Shown here in pieces: positions 60,499 through 64,000 of a DNA stretch of 64,000 nt. The position numbers and the translations under genes were made by a program. Each line of letters starts with the position of its first letter. Within the stretch, counting starts at the first letter, position 1. Source of the stretch: Rhodoferax sp. Its GTDB lineage: Bacteria > Pseudomonadota > Gammaproteobacteria > Burkholderiales > Burkholderiaceae_C. The notes beneath the pieces were generated by a model. It did no database searches. It was not told where the DNA came from and was given only the letters and a program-made list of their open reading frames with translations. The DNA is taken from positions 21,779 to 85,778 of the forward strand of contig JAYRUL010000001.1 in NCBI GenBank assembly GCA_041919095.1, given 5' to 3'.

Positions 60499-61938
60499 AT
60501 GAACATGACTCCCGGCGAAACCTGCGTAGAAAACGTCACCTACGACGAACTGACCGTGGGCCGCAGCGCCCGCATGCTGCGCACCCTGACGGTGGCAGAC
60601 ATCCAAGCCTTTGCTGCCGTGTCGGGCGATACCAATCCGGCCCATCTGGATGCCGAATATGCCAACGACACCTTGTTCCACGGTGTCATCGCGCACGGCA
60701 TGTGGGGGGCGGCGTTGATCTCGGCGGTGCTGGGCACGCAGTTTCCGGGGGCTGGCACCATCTACCTGGAGCAGGCACTGCATTTCACCAAGCCGGTTCG
60801 GGTGGGTGACACGCTGGAAGTGACGGTGACGGTGGCTTCCAAGGACGATGCCAAGAAGGCCGTGGAGCTCGATTGCGTGCTGGTGAACCAGAAAGGTGAG
60901 CGGGTGCTGTGGGGCACAGCCCGTGTGCTGGCACCCACCCAGAAACTCTGCCTGCCGCGTATCGCCGCCCCCAGCATCCACCTGTTCGACCCGGAGGCCC
61001 GCTTCAAGGCGCTGCTGGCGCAAGGCCAGGGGCTGGAGCCGGTGCGCTGTGCGGTGGTGCATCCGTGTGACGTGGCGTCGCTGCGTGGGGCACTCGATGC
61101 CGCCCACTACGGCCTGATCGAGCCGGTGCTGATTGGCCCGGAACTGCGCATTCGCCATGTGGCACATGAAGGCGCACTGAATCTCGAAGGGGTGGAGATC
61201 ATTTCGGTCGCACACAGCCATGCCGCCGCCGAGCGCGCCGCTGACTTGGCGCTGGCCAAGGAGGTGGAGATGATCATGAAGGGCAGCCTGCATACGGACG
61301 AGTTGCTGCGCGCCGTGATCAAACGCCCGGGGCTGCATACGGCGCGGCGCATGTCCCATGTGTTTCGCTTTGACGTGCCCATGTACAGCAAACCCCTGCT
61401 GATCACGGATGCGGCGCTCAACATCAACCCCAACCTGCAGGAGAAGGTGGACATTGTCCAAAATGCCATCGAGTTCGCGCATGTGCTGGGCGTGCAGTCG
61501 CCCAAGGTTGCCATTCTGTCGGCGGTGGAGATGGTCAACGCCAACATTCCTTCCACCCTGGATGCAGCGGCTCTGTGCAAGATGGCGGACCGGGGCCAGA
61601 TCACGGGTGGGGTGCTGGACGGGCCGCTGGCTTTTGACAACGCCATTTCCAGCCACGCTGCGCGGGTCAAGAACATCGACTCTGCGGTTGCAGGACAAGC
61701 CGACATCCTGGCGGTTCCCGACCTGGAGAGCGGCAACATGCTGGCCAAGCAGCTGGAGTACCTAGCCGGTGCTGCCAGTTCCGGCATTGTGCTGGGTGCG
61801 CGCGTGCCCATCGCGCTCACCAGCCGGGCCGACCCGCCGCGCAGCCGGGTGGCTTCGGCCCTGCTGGCGCTGCTGGTGGCCCACAACACTCGGCGCAGCC
61901 ACGCACGCAAGGCCTGGGGTACGCCCCACGCAGACTGA
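60499..61938 (+). CDS. Bifunctional MaoC-like enoyl-CoA hydratase / phosphate acetyl(butyryl)transferase
   Basis: 'SGDTNPAH', 'AHGMWG', then 'MKGSLHT', 'DGPLAFDNA', 'LTSRAD'. Confidence 0.92.
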   Translation: MNMTPGETCVENVTYDELTVGRSARMLRTLTVADIQAFAAVSGDTNPAHLDAEYANDTLFHGVIAHGMWGAALISAVLGTQFPGAGTIYLEQALHFTKPVRVGDTLEVTVTVASKDDAKKAVELDCVLVNQKGERVLWGTARVLAPTQKLCLPRIAAPSIHLFDPEARFKALLAQGQGLEPVRCAVVHPCDVASLRGALDAAHYGLIEPVLIGPELRIRHVAHEGALNLEGVEIISVAHSHAAAERAADLALAKEVEMIMKGSLHTDELLRAVIKRPGLHTARRMSHVFRFDVPMYSKPLLITDAALNINPNLQEKVDIVQNAIEFAHVLGVQSPKVAILSAVEMVNANIPSTLDAAALCKMADRGQITGGVLDGPLAFDNAISSHAARVKNIDSAVAGQADILAVPDLESGNMLAKQLEYLAGAASSGIVLGARVPIALTSRADPPRSRVASALLALLVAHNTRRSHARKAWGTPHAD

Positions 61939-61939
61939 C

Positions 61940-63124
61940 ATGGCCATCCTGGCCGTCAACGCGGGCTCCAGCTCGCTCAAGTTTGCGGTGCATCCCTGCC
62001 CGCAAGGGCAGGTGCAGCAAGCGGTGCTGACTGGCACCGTGCAGGGTCTGGAGCCGGGCGGCGTACCGGACATGACCTGGCAGCAGGGCAACAACGCGCG
62101 CCAAACACGCCCCTTGCCACGAGTCTCGCAGGGGTTTGACCAGGCCCTGCAGGCGCTGCACGCGTTGCTCGATACCACCCATGCCAGCGCCCAGCTGCAA
62201 GCGGTAGCGCACCGGGTGGTACATGGCGGCGCGCAGTACCGCACCAGCGTGCGCATCACCCCCGCGGTGCTGCAAGACCTGCAAACATTGCAACCTCTGG
62301 CCCCCTTGCACCAGCCCCACAATCTTGCTGGCATCCAGGCATTCGCGCAGGCTTTTCCCGCCCTGCCCCAGATTGCCTGCTTTGACACCGCGTTTCATGG
62401 CACGATGGACGAGGTGAACTCCACCTACGCCTTGCCGCAAATGCTGACGGCTCAGGGTGTCCGACGCTACGGATTTCACGGCTTGTCCTACCAGTTCGTC
62501 ATGAGCGCGCTGCTGGCGCGCAGCCCCCGCGCACAGGGGCGGGTGCTGATGGCCCATTTGGGTAACGGTGCCAGCCTGTGCGCGGCCCGTGCGGGGCGCA
62601 GCTGCGCCACCACCATGGGGTTTTCGGCACTGGAAGGACTCATGATGGGGACGCGCGCGGGCAGCCTCGACCCCGGTGTTCTGCTGTACCTGCTGGAACA
62701 AGGCTGGACCCCGGCACGCCTGCAAGACATGCTGTACCGTCAAAGTGGTCTGCTAGGCGTGTCGGGCATTTCTGCCGACATGCGCCGCCTGCGTGCCGAT
62801 GCCAGTGCCCCTGCGCGCCAGGCGATTGCCCTTTTTACCCACCGCGTGGTGCGCGAGAGCGGTGGCCTGAGCGCATGCCTGGGCGGACTGGACGTGCTGG
62901 CCTTCAGCGGTGGCATTGGCGAGCATGACACCGCCCTGCGCGCCGAGGTCTGCGCCGCCCTGGCCTATCTTGGGGTTCATCTGGACCCGCAACGCAACGC
63001 CCAGGCCACGGGCAATGCGACAGTGGCCGTACATGCCGACCAGAGTGCAGTGGAAGTTTGGGTGGTGCCGACCGATGAAGGCCTGGTGGCAGCGCGGGAG
63101 GCAGCTGCGTTGCTAGGGGTTTAA
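61940..63124 (+). CDS. ackA: Acetate/propionate kinase
   Basis: 'NAGSSSLK', 'HRVVHGG', 'RYGFHGLS', 'HLGNGAS', 'GGIGE'. Confidence 0.93.
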   Translation: MAILAVNAGSSSLKFAVHPCPQGQVQQAVLTGTVQGLEPGGVPDMTWQQGNNARQTRPLPRVSQGFDQALQALHALLDTTHASAQLQAVAHRVVHGGAQYRTSVRITPAVLQDLQTLQPLAPLHQPHNLAGIQAFAQAFPALPQIACFDTAFHGTMDEVNSTYALPQMLTAQGVRRYGFHGLSYQFVMSALLARSPRAQGRVLMAHLGNGASLCAARAGRSCATTMGFSALEGLMMGTRAGSLDPGVLLYLLEQGWTPARLQDMLYRQSGLLGVSGISADMRRLRADASAPARQAIALFTHRVVRESGGLSACLGGLDVLAFSGGIGEHDTALRAEVCAALAYLGVHLDPQRNAQATGNATVAVHADQSAVEVWVVPTDEGLVAAREAAALLGV

Positions 63125-63883
63125 TCCGCCGCAGGCCTGCACCAGCCCCACATACTGCGCAACCGGCACTTCTTCGGCTCGGCGTTGCAGGTCAAAGGTT
63201 CCGGCACAGCCACGCGCATCCAGCCACCGTCCCAGGGTATGGCGCAAGAGCTTGCGCCGTTGGCTGAAGGCAACCTGGACCAGTTCTTCCAGCAAGCGGA
63301 CATCGACCACCGCCGGTTCGGTGTGGGGCACCATGCGCACCACGGCGCTGTCCACACGGGGCGGCGGATCGAAGCTTTCAGGCGGCACGTAGAGTACGTT
63401 TTCCATGGCATAGCGCCATTGCAGCATGACGCTCAATCGACCATAGGCCCCGGTGCACGGCGTGGCCACCATGCGGTCGATCACTTCCTTTTGCAGCATG
63501 AAGTGCTGGTCTTGCACTGCCTGCACCTGTTCGAGCAGGTGAAAGAGGATGGGGGTGGAGATGTTGTAGGGCAGGTTGCCCACGACCCGCAGGCGCGCGC
63601 CCGCGCGGGCGGCCAAGGCGTGGAAATCGACCTTGAGCACGTCGGACTCCACCACGTCCAGCGCCACATGCGCGCGCAGGCGTGCGGCCAGGTCGCGGTC
63701 CAGTTCAATGACCGTCAGGCGTCCCAGACGTTCGACCAGCGGCTGGGTGAGCGCGGCCAAGCCAGGGCCAATTTCCACCATGGGCTGCCCGGGTTGGGGA
63801 TCAATAGCGCGTACGATGGCATCGATGATGCCCTGGTCCGTCAGAAAGTGCTGACCAAAGCGTTTGCGGGCGATGTGCTTCAT
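63113..63883 (-). CDS. rsmA: 16S rRNA m6,2A dimethyltransferase
   Basis: 'RKRFGQHFL', 'EIGPG', 'NLPYNIST'. Start reassigned to 63883. Confidence 0.96.
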   Translation of the reverse strand: MKHIARKRFGQHFLTDQGIIDAIVRAIDPQPGQPMVEIGPGLAALTQPLVERLGRLTVIELDRDLAARLRAHVALDVVESDVLKVDFHALAARAGARLRVVGNLPYNISTPILFHLLEQVQAVQDQHFMLQKEVIDRMVATPCTGAYGRLSVMLQWRYAMENVLYVPPESFDPPPRVDSAVVRMVPHTEPAVVDVRLLEELVQVAFSQRRKLLRHTLGRWLDARGCAGTFDLQRRAEEVPVAQYVGLVQACGGLNP

Positions 63884-63914
63884 GCGGGCCCCGGACTTGC
63901 GCGCAAACGCGGGC

Positions 63915-63998
63915 TCATTGCGGGCGCTCGCGTATCTCCACAAACGCGTTGGCGCGCACTTCCCTGGCCCACTCGGCAAAGGCGTCGTCGTAGCGGGC
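63915..63998 (-). CDS. surA: C-terminus of chaperone/PPIase SurA (partial)
   Basis: Manual translation [27 protein letters not shown] resembles the SurA C-terminal W..E.R..A.VE; located upstream of rsmA. Confidence 0.7.
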   Translation of the reverse strand, partial: ARYDDAFAEWAREVRANAFVEIRERPQ

Positions 63999-64000
63999 CG

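Noticed and set aside
63883-63998. Absence of pdxA between surA and rsmA
   Set aside because: A minor gene-order variant, and the surA call rests on only 27 residues.

Overview
Betaproteobacterial chromosome segment, most likely Comamonadaceae (Rhodoferax/Curvibacter-like). This assignment is inferred from gene content, gene order and GC-rich codon usage. Most of the window is housekeeping: purU, psd, glcD, a System I cytochrome c maturation operon (ccmABCDEFGHI) with a c5-type cytochrome, the atp operon, lipB/lipA, two diguanylate cyclases, pyk, fba, purC, a DUF3141/MaoC-pta/ackA cluster, rsmA and the end of surA. The standout is a ~23 kb minus-strand accessory locus (27.7-50.8 kb) between lipA and a DUF1304 gene. 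It encodes a type I secretion system (HlyB/HlyD/TolC) and a non-canonical HlyC-like acyltransferase. Upstream lie two giant cargo genes that share a near-identical 2,909-bp constant region but have unrelated N-terminal domains. One N-terminus carries NlpC/P60 and T4-lysozyme-type catalytic motifs; the other is unknown plus LysM-like. Each cargo gene is preceded by candidate immunity genes (including an LprI-like protein), and a remnant of a third N-terminus is present. The upstream copy is cut off exactly at an ~86-bp repeat that also precedes the whole locus. My reading, which is inference, is a T1SS-exported polymorphic antibacterial toxin system with N-terminal warheads exchanged by recombination. 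The window also has a CruR-like (CxxC...RGPP) leader ORF ahead of a TonB-dependent receptor, and a dispersed GCTAT-N7-ATAGC repeat family with two in-frame copies inside genes. No rRNA, tRNA, CRISPR array, integrase or transposase was recognised.
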